A DNA stretch of 51,241 nucleotides from a virus (IMGVR_UViG_3300037483_000317:1-51241); one strand, 5' to 3'. Counted from the stretch's first letter, positions 17,534 through 25,679 are shown. Translations and numbers: made by a program. Notes: generated from the sequence alone by a model not told the origin.

Positions 17534-18089
17534 GTTCCAGCCCTTCTCTGAGTTCGCTCAGCGCTCTCGACACGTGTTCGGCATGGTTCGCGTTCACCAG
17601 CGCCTCGACTTCACTGCGGAGATCCATCGGGTAGCGGGTAATCGATCGCACGAAAACCGACAACTCTCCTGGCATGCCTTGAAACCGTCTCGGCAAACCA
17701 GACAGCGCCGCTTCGAGCACGTCCTCGAACCGCGGATGCAAACTACCAACCGGGCACCTCGCCGAGCTCAGGTCGACCAACTCATCCGCGTAAACGATGG
17801 TCTCTCCCACGCAGCGTTCCCCAGCCGTGGCCGGGCAGTCGACAACCAACACCCGACCGGCTTGTCTCCGTGCCGCGCCCAGCTTCACCCGGTCGAGCGT
17901 CGAGAACCGCGCCAGCGCTCGGATCGCCATCCGCGTCAGTGCGGCATTCATCCGCTTCTCGGCCCGCAGTTCGGTAATCAACTTGCGCATGGTGGCGGTC
18001 CATGGTCCGGCCCGCTTGAGGTCCGTTCGTTCGAGCCCGGCCAACTGCTGATCGGTAAAACTCGGGCTGGTTTTGTCACGTGTTCGCAT
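17445..18089 (-). CDS. Hypothetical protein
   Basis: Long minus-strand ORF ending EIDLPF; start uncertain. Confidence 0.5.
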   Translation of the reverse strand: MRTRDKTSPSFTDQQLAGLERTDLKRAGPWTATMRKLITELRAEKRMNAALTRMAIRALARFSTLDRVKLGAARRQAGRVLVVDCPATAGERCVGETIVYADELVDLSSARCPVGSLHPRFEDVLEAALSGLPRRFQGMPGELSVFVRSITRYPMDLRSEVEALVNANHAEHVSRALSELREGLEHETHAAKSQEQETSSDGTGAPKGEIDLPF

Positions 18090-18229
18090 TCGTCGAGCAT
18101 CCTCGTAAATGAGTCGGCGATCCCTTGGTATGAGTCGCGCTCTCGGACACACTCCTGGAGCGTGTCGACGTCGGGGACTTCGCCGAGAAGCTCCCAACGC
18201 AATAGGGCAATTATGGCAGTCAAACTCAT
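17978..18229 (-). CDS. Hypothetical protein (uncertain)
   Basis: GGAGG RBS upstream of ATG; overlaps the next ORF. Confidence 0.35.
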   Translation of the reverse strand: MSLTAIIALLRWELLGEVPDVDTLQECVRERDSYQGIADSFTRMLDECEHVTKPARVLPISSWPGSNERTSSGPDHGPPPCAS

Positions 18230-18452
18230 CTCATGGTCCTCCCATCCGTACACGTAACAGGCGCGCACCAACCCCAATGAAAACGTCTGTCGTCGGCAAG
18301 CGGCCCGCTCTTTGGGTTGCTCATTTCCGACCGTAGTCGCCGGAGTTGACCCACCGGGCAGGGCCTTCGCTCCGCGTACAGGCGGCTTGCCAATCTATTC
18401 CCGCGAATCTATACTTTCGTGTTAGGTTGTAAGGCCGCCGGGAAATCGGCCC

Positions 18453-18482
18453 GCCCGCGTCGATGAGCTCATCGACGCGGGC
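18453..18482. repeat. Perfect 30-bp palindrome
   Basis: GCCCGCGTCGATGAG|CTCATCGACGCGGGC followed by ATTTTT. Confidence 0.9.
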
Positions 18483-18486
18483 ATTT

Positions 18487-18714
18487 TTATGCGCCCTCGA
18501 CCGCCTGATCTTCGCGGTCGAGTCGTTCGCTGTTGGAAGTCCAGCGATACTGGAAGGCGTCGAACACGTCGGCCGCCTGCGCCAGACCTTCCCCAGCCAC
18601 CCCGTCCAGGTTGCGAGCAGCACGGCGGATAATCGCCACCGCGTCGCGAATCCGACGCGACTCGACCTGCAACAGCTTGAACACGGTCTCGCCGTTCTTG
18701 GTGTTGATTTGCAT
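18487..18714 (-). CDS. Hypothetical protein
   Basis: 75 aa in the operon. Confidence 0.55.
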   Translation of the reverse strand: MQINTKNGETVFKLLQVESRRIRDAVAIIRRAARNLDGVAGEGLAQAADVFDAFQYRWTSNSERLDREDQAVEGA

Positions 18715-18716
18715 CG

Positions 18717-18935
18717 CTATCCCTTTCGTTTTGATTCCACGAGCAGCCGATTCACTTCGTCGGCGTCCGACTCGTCGGTCGCACTACCACGTCCCTGCTC
18801 GCGCCGCCAGATTTCCGTCCGACACGCGGCCTGGACAACATTCGATTCTCCACCGTAGCGCACGATGGCTGCGAGTCGGCTGCTGGAGACTTCGCCAATC
18901 GGTAGCCCGTCGATTTCCATAATCAGCCCTTTCAA
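18717..18935 (-). CDS. Hypothetical protein
   Basis: 72 aa in the operon (start possibly 18920). Confidence 0.5.
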   Translation of the reverse strand: MKGLIMEIDGLPIGEVSSSRLAAIVRYGGESNVVQAACRTEIWRREQGRGSATDESDADEVNRLLVESKRKG

Positions 18936-19111
18936 AAGTCGAGTTCGTCGGACCCGTCCAGATCTTCTACAGTCACGCTTGACCTGACGCCGCCATGTTG
19001 GACCCAGAGCCCCACAAACGAGTCGTCGTCCTCATCGTGTAGCGGGAACACTTCGGCGGCGTCGTCCTCGTCAATCGCTTCGGTGAGCCGCTCTAGTTCG
19101 CCAAGTGTCAC
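18932..19111 (-). CDS. Small acidic protein (59 aa)
   Basis: Manual translation MTLGELERLTEAIDEDDAAEVF...DELDF; AGGAG RBS. Confidence 0.5.
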   Translation of the reverse strand: MTLGELERLTEAIDEDDAAEVFPLHDEDDDSFVGLWVQHGGVRSSVTVEDLDGSDELDF

Positions 19112-19112
19112 G

Positions 19113-20711
19113 CTAAACTCCTTTCACCGCAGCCATGAACTGATCGAGCACCGACTCGGTCCCGTCGAACAACGGCCTGGGTTCTACATTCGCGGGCTTC
19201 TTCTTCGGAGGAAACAACTTCGCCGCTGGCAGATACCAATCCGAAGGGCGGCTCGGCATGAACGGCCAATCCGGGCTCGGCATCTGTCCCTGGTTCTCAC
19301 GCTGAAACAAGGAACGGGCCTGGTTCATCGTCCGTTTCGCGTTCCGGCAACGGCAAACCACCGTCACCCATTTGTCTTTGAGCGTGGGATCCTCGGCCAC
19401 GCGACGCGGTCGGAAGATGTCGCCGCGGACCTCATGCAACCGACCGTTGGTTTCGATCACCATCCGCGTGCGGCCCTTGTAGGCATAGCCACACCCCGGG
19501 CAGACCACGCCGCGATAGCGGACCTTCGAACATTTTGGGCAGACGATTGGCTCGGGCTTCGTCTTGCCTCGAAATTCCTCGAAGTGTTCATCCTGGTACT
19601 GACGGTCGGACTTGCCGAGCGACCAGACGCGATCGCAGTTGAGCGAGTCGAACCGCCAGAAGTTGCCCCCATGATCTTGGATCGTGACCTCGGAAAGTTG
19701 TGGCACACCGTCGACGTTGTATTGCCCGAGCACCCGGCCTCCGGCTTGCAGGTACGCCTTGACCGTTCCGAACGTGCAGAGAAACATGCAATGCGACAGC
19801 CACGAAAACGTGACGCCTTCGCGGAGCACAAATCGGTTAAAGACGACCGTGACGTCCCCATTCTTCGAAGCGGCGCGGAGCGCGTCGCGCCCCTTCTTGT
19901 TCGTATTGAGCGTCCTCCCGTTGAGCCAAATCCGGTTGCTGTCGATGTGCGCCGACGGGATGCCTGCCGACGAATACCGCTGGGCGTACCACAGGCTGTC
20001 CGCCACGCCAGGCGGGAAGGCGATTGTCGGTCGGCTTGTCGGATTGAGTCGCCGAAAATGCTCGATCGACCGACCGCAGATCACCTCCATCATCGTCTCT
20101 TTGACTTCCTTGCGGAGCTCGATGATCGCGGCCCGCTGTTTCTTGAACGCCTTGAGCGTCGGCTCGTCAGGGGCGTAGGTTTGGGCCGGCACGATGGCGC
20201 CGCAGGACCGCAGGTCGCTATTGCGGCCGGCGACCACCATCCGCGTCGCCATGTGATTGATGCCGATCGGCGTCGCCGTGACCAGCACGACGATCGCACC
20301 ACGAGCGATGTACTCGTCGACGATCTGTACCGCTCGCGGCCCGGTTTCGTTGTGGGCCTCGTCGACGATCACCAGCTGGGCCGGTGGCAACTCCATCTGC
20401 CCGGCCTTCCACCGCTTGTGGAGTGTCTGGATTGAGGCGACCTGCACCCGGGCCAGCACGTCGGGCGCGTAGCCGCTCGCCACGAGCCCCGCTTTCAAGT
20501 CGGCGACCTCGGTGTCTTCAAACAACTGATCGATGAGAATCTTCTTGTTGGCGATCAGCAGCGAATCGAAGCCCCACTGGCACATCTTGAGCATCATCCA
20601 AGATTTGCCGCCCCGGGTCGGGCTGGTGAGCACGATCCTCCGCTCGCCCAGTTCAATCAGGCGGTGGACGTCGGCGACGCCAGAGACTTGATGGGGCCAG
20701 GGGCTATGCAC
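19113..20711 (-). CDS. Superfamily 2 DNA helicase with C-terminal zinc finger
   Basis: WPHQ, SPTRGGKS (Walker A), DEAH, TATP, QAGGRVL, CPKC...CPGC. Confidence 0.9.
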   Translation of the reverse strand: MHSPWPHQVSGVADVHRLIELGERRIVLTSPTRGGKSWMMLKMCQWGFDSLLIANKKILIDQLFEDTEVADLKAGLVASGYAPDVLARVQVASIQTLHKRWKAGQMELPPAQLVIVDEAHNETGPRAVQIVDEYIARGAIVVLVTATPIGINHMATRMVVAGRNSDLRSCGAIVPAQTYAPDEPTLKAFKKQRAAIIELRKEVKETMMEVICGRSIEHFRRLNPTSRPTIAFPPGVADSLWYAQRYSSAGIPSAHIDSNRIWLNGRTLNTNKKGRDALRAASKNGDVTVVFNRFVLREGVTFSWLSHCMFLCTFGTVKAYLQAGGRVLGQYNVDGVPQLSEVTIQDHGGNFWRFDSLNCDRVWSLGKSDRQYQDEHFEEFRGKTKPEPIVCPKCSKVRYRGVVCPGCGYAYKGRTRMVIETNGRLHEVRGDIFRPRRVAEDPTLKDKWVTVVCRCRNAKRTMNQARSLFQRENQGQMPSPDWPFMPSRPSDWYLPAAKLFPPKKKPANVEPRPLFDGTESVLDQFMAAVKGV

Positions 20712-21441
20712 GCTGGACGTCCTCCGTGATGGCGGACAAGGCCGCACTGTGCTTCTCGTAGAGGCCCAGCAACTCGAGCGACCGGATCAGGCCGCCCAAA
20801 TGTTTCTGGGCCGTCACCCGGTCCTGCCGGCTGATCACCGGCTTGCCGTTGCGGCGGACGGTTTGCGCTTCGAGCTCGACCGGGTCAAAGTCGACGGGCT
20901 CGTCGTCGAGGGGCGGCTCCGCGACCTCGCTATTTCCCGAGGGTTGCGCTGTCGATTGTTCCACCGTGGAACAATCACTATCCTTTTGGGGGGTCGGCTG
21001 TTCGCGTTTTGGCGTGTACGAGTCGACGATCTCTTTTGCCCGTTGGGCGGTGATTCTGATGCCCTTCGAAGCGAGCTTGCTGGCCTCGATCGCGGCGGCT
21101 TCTGGCACCGATGGCGCCGAGAGAGCGTACATGGCCGTGTCGTCAAACTGCCCGAGTGCGTCGCATTTTTGGAAGCGACCCCAGGCTGCCATGTAGCGGT
21201 GGGCCGTTGTGCGACCGATTCCGCATTCGAGCTCGACCCACTCGCCGAACCGACCGTACTTGCCGTGTTCGGACAGCAGGTCGTTCGCCGTCTGGATCGC
21301 TTCGCCCATCATCATGGCGGCCTTGATGTGCTGGCCCTTGGCGGAGTTGATCTCGCCCATCAGGCAAATCAGCTTGCTCTTCAGCTCGCCGTCGAAGCCT
21401 GCGTAATCGAATGTCTTAGTTGCCAGCAGTTTGCGTGACAT
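20704..21441 (-). CDS. DUF3102-like DNA-binding protein
   Basis: MGEAI...HGKYGRFGEWVELECGIGRTTAHRYM. Confidence 0.7.
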   Translation of the reverse strand: MSRKLLATKTFDYAGFDGELKSKLICLMGEINSAKGQHIKAAMMMGEAIQTANDLLSEHGKYGRFGEWVELECGIGRTTAHRYMAAWGRFQKCDALGQFDDTAMYALSAPSVPEAAAIEASKLASKGIRITAQRAKEIVDSYTPKREQPTPQKDSDCSTVEQSTAQPSGNSEVAEPPLDDEPVDFDPVELEAQTVRRNGKPVISRQDRVTAQKHLGGLIRSLELLGLYEKHSAALSAITEDVQRA

Positions 21442-22330
21442 GGGACTCCGTTCCTTGTGGTGGTTCGGCGTTCATTTCCGACGAGCGTTTGATCTCGCCC
21501 ACGATCAGCGTTGCGCAAAAATCACTTTTCCCGTCGATCTTTTTGGCAACGATGATGCGTCGTAGCCGATTCGCAAAGTGAGTCATCACCGGCGGCCAGT
21601 CGACGGTCGAGTTGTAGAGTGGGGCGTTGTTTTGCAGCGCCGTGAAGGCCCTTTCCCACGCCTCGACGTTTTCCGGTAGCGCGTCGATCCACCGCATGAT
21701 CGTGGGCGGCTCGGACCTGTCGGGCCAGCCGACCGGAAGCGAGAGACCAGCCGAGACGTTGGCAGCAGGCGGCTTAGACTGGCTAGCCGGTGCCGACTGC
21801 TGGCGCCCTGCCCCACGCTGCTGCGATCGTCCACCACGCGGCACCTGCACCGCGGCGTTACCATCCGCCGCGTTCGCATCGTCATCATCTTCTGACGTCA
21901 ACCCGAGGATCGCTGCGTAGCCGTATCGCCGGCGGAAGGTGAGCATCCCACCAAGATCCTGATTGGTGGTCCGATCGGTGGCCGGAATAAAGTCGATCGC
22001 CTCGAAGTAGGCTCCGCTGGTGTGGCCGAGAATTGTTCGCAGCAGCCAGCCGCCGCGAGTCGAGTGGTACGGCTGGCAAATGCAGAGGCCGTTGGCCGAG
22101 AGTGATTCGCGCGTCGCGGCGACAAGGTTTTCGAGCGGCGCATAGCTGAATTCGTATTCCGCTTTCGATTGATCTTTTGGTCGCACTCGCACCGTCTTGC
22201 TGCGCTCGATCTCCTTGAAGGTGGGAGCCGCCTTCGCCAACGCGGCGAATACCTCGGCCGCTGCGCCAACGATCCGAAACCGTAAATCATCCGCTGCAAC
22301 TGTCGCTACCGAACCATTCGTCTCATCCAT
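21416..22330 (-). CDS. ERF-family single-strand annealing protein
   Basis: FSYAPLENL...LSANGL...Q...TILGHTSG...QDLGGMLTFRRRYGYAAILGL..EDDDD. True start is ATG 22330 after a GGAAGGA RBS, downstream of the array. Confidence 0.85.
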   Translation of the reverse strand: MDETNGSVATVAADDLRFRIVGAAAEVFAALAKAAPTFKEIERSKTVRVRPKDQSKAEYEFSYAPLENLVAATRESLSANGLCICQPYHSTRGGWLLRTILGHTSGAYFEAIDFIPATDRTTNQDLGGMLTFRRRYGYAAILGLTSEDDDDANAADGNAAVQVPRGGRSQQRGAGRQQSAPASQSKPPAANVSAGLSLPVGWPDRSEPPTIMRWIDALPENVEAWERAFTALQNNAPLYNSTVDWPPVMTHFANRLRRIIVAKKIDGKSDFCATLIVGEIKRSSEMNAEPPQGTESHVTQTAGN

Positions 22331-22346
22331 GCGTCGTTCCTTCCCC

Positions 22347-22579
22347 CCTGCGCTAACACCCAGTTTCGCTGTCTCGTTCACCGCACCACCATCTCGCCGT
22401 ATAGCTGACGCACCTGCGCTAACACCCCGTTTCGCTGTCTCGTTCACCTGCCTGTAGTTCGAGTTTTCCAACTTCGCACCTGCGCTAACACCCCGTTTCG
22501 CTGTCTCGTTCACCGGATTGGCCGACATAGCTTGGAGACTCCGCCTGCGCTAACACCCCGTTTCGCTGTCTCGTTCACC
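22347..22579 (-). CRISPR. Mini CRISPR array: 4 x 36-nt repeats, 3 spacers (29, 30, 30 nt)
   Basis: Minus-strand repeat GGTGAACGAGACAGCGAAACGGGGTGTTAGCGCAGG at 22544-22579, 22479-22514, 22413-22448 and 22347-22382 (last copy has one substitution). Spacers are unrelated to each other. Confidence 0.9.
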
Positions 22580-23847
22580 CTCGTCGGCTGTAACGCCGTA
22601 CTTGGCACGGCCTTGCGGCCAATCTTGCCGCCGCAAAACGCTCGCAATTCAATCTTGACGTTCAACCGCTGCGCACTTTGCTGCAAAAACTGCTCGAGCT
22701 GATACCACGGCCAGCCGGTCGAATCCTCGCGGTCTGGAACCTTGCCAGCTGTCGCTAGTAGCCGGTCCTCGTGCCCGCCAATTAAAACCACCTTGCCGAC
22801 ACCCTGGTCGCAGCACAATTGCAGCACGTCCGCAATCAATAGCCGATTGCATCCGCTCGCAAAGTTGTTCCACGCCGACTGGAGTTTGAACACCGGCAGC
22901 AGTCCGCGATCTCTCCCTCGCCCCTTGCGCTTCGGTGAATACGTGTAACCGTGCTGCCGACTCCATCGCTGCAAAAGATTCGTCTTGCGTTTGTGGGCGA
23001 CGTGGTGCCCGCGTCCGCCTAGCCGCCATGTTCGGCCAGCGACTCGTAGCGTCCAACAGTTCCTAGACCCGGGCCGCAAGACAGCGATCTTCCCGGCGTC
23101 CAATTCGATCGCCTCGCGTTCCACTTCGTAACTCAGCGCAACAAACCATTTTCGTTTCTTCGCGTCATACGTCAGTTTCGCACCCGCCAGCTTGCGGTCG
23201 CCCGACGCCATCTGCACAGCCGGTTGTGCGTAAGCGGCACGCTTACCGCCCGTTTTCAACGCGGCGCGAATCAGCGTGGACGTTCCAGTTTTCTTTCCCG
23301 GCCGTTCGATTCGATTCAGCCGTGCCTCAAACCATACGCGCCCTTTTTCATCGGCCGGAAGAACCTTGGCATTGGCCGAATCAAACGGAATCGGCTGCGG
23401 GTAACGCGAGCCGCCACGCGAATCGAGGTCAAGCAGAATAGCAATCCACCATTTCGTTGCCGCTGCGCTCGACTGCTTCGTGGTCACGGTCTGGCGCATC
23501 TGATTCAGCAGCAGCACCAGCACCCGCGAATTGAGCCCTGGAAAGCGGGTAGTGATTTTGTGGTAAAGTTCGTTCGCGAGTTCTTTCGGCCACGGCTGCA
23601 CGGTCCATTTCGGTCGCCCGCCGCGAGTTGCCTTGTCGCTTTGATGCCACGCTTTGTCGGCCGCGAGGCAGTGTCTCAATGAGGTGGATGTGTCGCGTGT
23701 CGTGTGCCAGCATTCCCACTGCCGCCAAATGAAGTTGGCCGCTTCTCGTAGCTGCGAGGAAAGATCGTACATCAGCTTTCGGTGTTCGCTCGATAGCTCC
23801 ACGACCTCCAGCTTGCAGCAGCGGGTGATGGAATCTGTTTTTTTCAT
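22510..23847 (-). CDS. Cas12f/TnpB-like RNA-guided protein, predicted nuclease-dead
   Basis: 445 aa. KWFVALSY strand, KGRGRDR bridge-helix region and GWPWYQLEQFLQQSAQRLNVKI match the Cas12f/TnpB layout. RuvC-I reads AVLRPG, RuvC-II reads VVLIGG, and the Zn finger and RuvC-III are absent. Confidence 0.8.
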   Translation of the reverse strand: MKKTDSITRCCKLEVVELSSEHRKLMYDLSSQLREAANFIWRQWECWHTTRDTSTSLRHCLAADKAWHQSDKATRGGRPKWTVQPWPKELANELYHKITTRFPGLNSRVLVLLLNQMRQTVTTKQSSAAATKWWIAILLDLDSRGGSRYPQPIPFDSANAKVLPADEKGRVWFEARLNRIERPGKKTGTSTLIRAALKTGGKRAAYAQPAVQMASGDRKLAGAKLTYDAKKRKWFVALSYEVEREAIELDAGKIAVLRPGSRNCWTLRVAGRTWRLGGRGHHVAHKRKTNLLQRWSRQHGYTYSPKRKGRGRDRGLLPVFKLQSAWNNFASGCNRLLIADVLQLCCDQGVGKVVLIGGHEDRLLATAGKVPDREDSTGWPWYQLEQFLQQSAQRLNVKIELRAFCGGKIGRKAVPSTALQPTRVNETAKRGVSAGGVSKLCRPIR

Positions 23848-23854
23848 GTTGATT

Positions 23855-23936
23855 TAAGGCGGCCGGCGGCGGGTGAGGCCGCCGGCCTAAGCGAAACGAA
23901 GCATCAGTTGGCGAGCGCTTCAGCCCTTGGTCGCCC
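23855..23936 (-). ncRNA. Putative tracrRNA (anti-repeat plus GC hairpin)
   Basis: Minus-strand CTGATGCTTCGTTTCGCT (23907-23890) pairs over 18 nt (13 WC + 5 G-U) with repeat nt 13-30, followed by a 10-bp hairpin at 23861-23887. RNA ends are uncertain. Confidence 0.65.
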
Positions 23937-24125
23937 CTACGGGCAGTGATGGCCAGCTCTTCTCGCCACTGGGCGCCGCAGTGCGCCCTCACCGAACTGG
24001 CGGTGTACGTTACTTATCTCCTTCAACCGCATCGTGCGGCGGCCTCGATCTCCGTCCTCGATTTGTAAAACCGCCGTCCCGTCCGTTGTTGTGGCCAGCG
24101 GGACGACGGACATTGGCCGCGACAA
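23937..24125 (-). CDS. Small hypothetical protein
   Basis: 62 aa between the repeat protein and the cas locus. Confidence 0.45.
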   Translation of the reverse strand: MSRPMSVVPLATTTDGTAVLQIEDGDRGRRTMRLKEISNVHRQFGEGALRRPVARRAGHHCP

Positions 24126-24129
24126 GCGG

Positions 24130-25227
24130 CTAGTGTGCTAGGCCCACTCTCGTCGGTATTAGATCAACAACGGCTGGCTCCGCTGGACGCTCGTACTTAG
24201 CGCCGATGACCTTGCCAGCAACATCGCACTCGTAATGGTTCCAACACGCACGCGCCTTCACTTTGTTTGGGTGATCGCCGTTAGGATGCACGGCGATGTC
24301 TGCGAGTGAGACGAGGCAGGCAACGTACTTTGTCGCGCCGCCATTGAATTCCAGCGTGGCGGCCGGCGTCGGTGAAAAATGGAGTCCGCCGCCACACTCT
24401 GTTATGCCACCATCCCAGTCGCCTGCCAACGACTCGGTGCCCGGCGCATAGACAGTGCCGTGAGGCGACAAAAAATCTTCGTCGACGCCCTTGAACAGCA
24501 GCGCGTAGCTACCGACGACTTCCACACCGTAGTAGTCACACCATTCGCCAGAAGTCACCGGCGCTACAATTGTTATTTGGTGCCCACCGTCGCACGTCGC
24601 CCCGCGGTGTAGTTGTACGGCGACCATTGCGGCTGCCTTCGCAGACACGCTCGCACCAAAAAGAGCAAGCGAAGCGGCGGCCGACGCCACGACGTGCGAG
24701 CTTTCCCACGCCTCGACGTGCGAGCTTCCCCGCGCCTCGACGTGCGAGCTTTCCCACGCCTCGACGTGCGAGCTATCCCGCGCCTCGACGTGCGAGCTTC
24801 CCCGCGCCTCGACGTGCGAGCTATCCCGCGCCTCGACGTGCGAGCTATCCCGCGCCTCGACGTGCGAGCTTTCCCGCGCCTCGACGTGCGAGCTATCCCG
24901 CGCCTCGACGTGCGAGCTTTCCCACGCCTCGACGTGCGAGCTTTCCCGCGCCTCGACGTGCGAGCTATCCCGCGCCTCGACGTGCGAGCTATCCCGCGCC
25001 TCGACGTGCGAGCTTTCCCACGCTACGACGTGCGAGCTTTCCCGCGCCTCGACGTGCGAGCTTCCCCTCGCCCTAAAGAATCCGCCTGTGATGGCCTTCA
25101 CTACGAGCCGCACCGCCGACGAAATGCAAACGTCGATCGTTATCGCGGCTTCGAGGCTGATGCGGTCACTGCCCGCGGCGATGGCCGCATCAAACTCTGC
25201 CTGCGACTTTACGATGGTCCAGTCCAT
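24130..25227 (-). CDS. Octapeptide-repeat phage protein with conserved C-terminal domain
   Basis: 16 x A[R/W][D/E/G]SSHV[E/V]; C-terminal FKGV...ECGGGLHF...KVKA domain. Confidence 0.8.
   Translation of the reverse strand: MDWTIVKSQAEFDAAIAAGSDRISLEAAITIDVCISSAVRLVVKAITGGFFRARGSSHVEARESSHVVAWESSHVEARDSSHVEARDSSHVEARESSHVEAWESSHVEARDSSHVEARESSHVEARDSSHVEARDSSHVEARGSSHVEARDSSHVEAWESSHVEARGSSHVEAWESSHVVASAAASLALFGASVSAKAAAMVAVQLHRGATCDGGHQITIVAPVTSGEWCDYYGVEVVGSYALLFKGVDEDFLSPHGTVYAPGTESLAGDWDGGITECGGGLHFSPTPAATLEFNGGATKYVACLVSLADIAVHPNGDHPNKVKARACWNHYECDVAGKVIGAKYERPAEPAVVDLIPTRVGLAH
24688..25071. repeat. 24-nt tandem repeat, 16 copies
   Basis: Unit approximately CTCGACGTGCGAGCTWTCCCRCGC. Confidence 0.95.
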
Positions 25228-25349
25228 GCGGGTGGCTCCAGTTTTCTTGGGCCAGCACGGCAGCGGTGCCGAGAGGGCCGGTACTTGCTACCGGCTTCAG
25301 GTGGGCGATGTGCCCAGGTGAGAAGGCCGGCGTTTCTTTCGATGCCGCA

Positions 25350-25378
25350 AATATATTCGCTACCGAATACGTTTGCAA
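25350..25378 (-). promoter_or_regulatory. Early-operon sigma70-type promoter with TTCG-N4-CGAA operator
   Basis: TTGCAA-17 nt-TATATT; palindrome TTCGCTACCGAA at 25356-25367. Confidence 0.65.
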
Positions 25379-25425
25379 GGGCAAAAACGCCGACGAAAAA
25401 AGATTTTCAGAATTCCCCAGCTACA

Positions 25426-25644
25426 TCAATCTGTAGGGGGTCGACCGGGATCGCGACGCTCCCTGTTGTAGCGGTCGATTTCCGCTTGAGAAATAAGCCA
25501 GTCGCGGCCACCCTTGACGGCTTGAAGCCGCGGCGGGTCGGAGTTGCAATACGTGCGCACCGTGTCTGGGTCGAGGTCGAGCAATTCGGCGGCCTCCCTG
25601 CACGTATACATCTTCCCCTTGAGTTGGATTGACACGGTGCTCAT
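25426..25644 (-). CDS. Excisionase-like / HTH_17 DNA-binding protein
   Basis: MYTCREAAELLDLDPDTVRTYC...LQAVKGGRDWLISQAEIDRY. Confidence 0.8.
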   Translation of the reverse strand: MSTVSIQLKGKMYTCREAAELLDLDPDTVRTYCNSDPPRLQAVKGGRDWLISQAEIDRYNRERRDPGRPPTD

Positions 25645-25650
25645 GCTCCT

Positions 25651-25679
25651 AATATATTCGCAAACGAAAGTAAATGCAA
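25651..25679 (-). promoter_or_regulatory. Promoter of the HTH gene with TTCG-N4-CGAA operator
   Basis: TTGCAT-17 nt-TATATT, 6 nt before the ATG; TTCGCAAACGAA at 25657-25668. Confidence 0.65.

Noticed and set aside
19083-20435. Long plus-strand ORFs (450 aa here; also 45881..46930, 40552..41469, 24613..25632, 1905..2882)
   Set aside because: Antisense shadows of well-supported minus-strand genes in GC-rich DNA, with no recognisable motifs.
22331-22528. N-terminal VNETAKRGVSAG peptide repeats on the 370-aa ORF 21416..22528
   Set aside because: They come from in-frame read-through of 66-nt repeat-spacer units. The nucleotide repeats are identical with unrelated spacers, and ERF has its own RBS and ATG at 22330.
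22510-23847. IS200/IS605 or IS607 transposon (TnpB) interpretation
   Set aside because: No tnpA or serine recombinase nearby and no evident IS ends; a repeat-spacer array and anti-repeat are present instead.
24688-25071. 24-nt repeats as a CRISPR array or DGR template
   Set aside because: Contiguous in-frame coding repeats with no spacers; no reverse transcriptase in the window.
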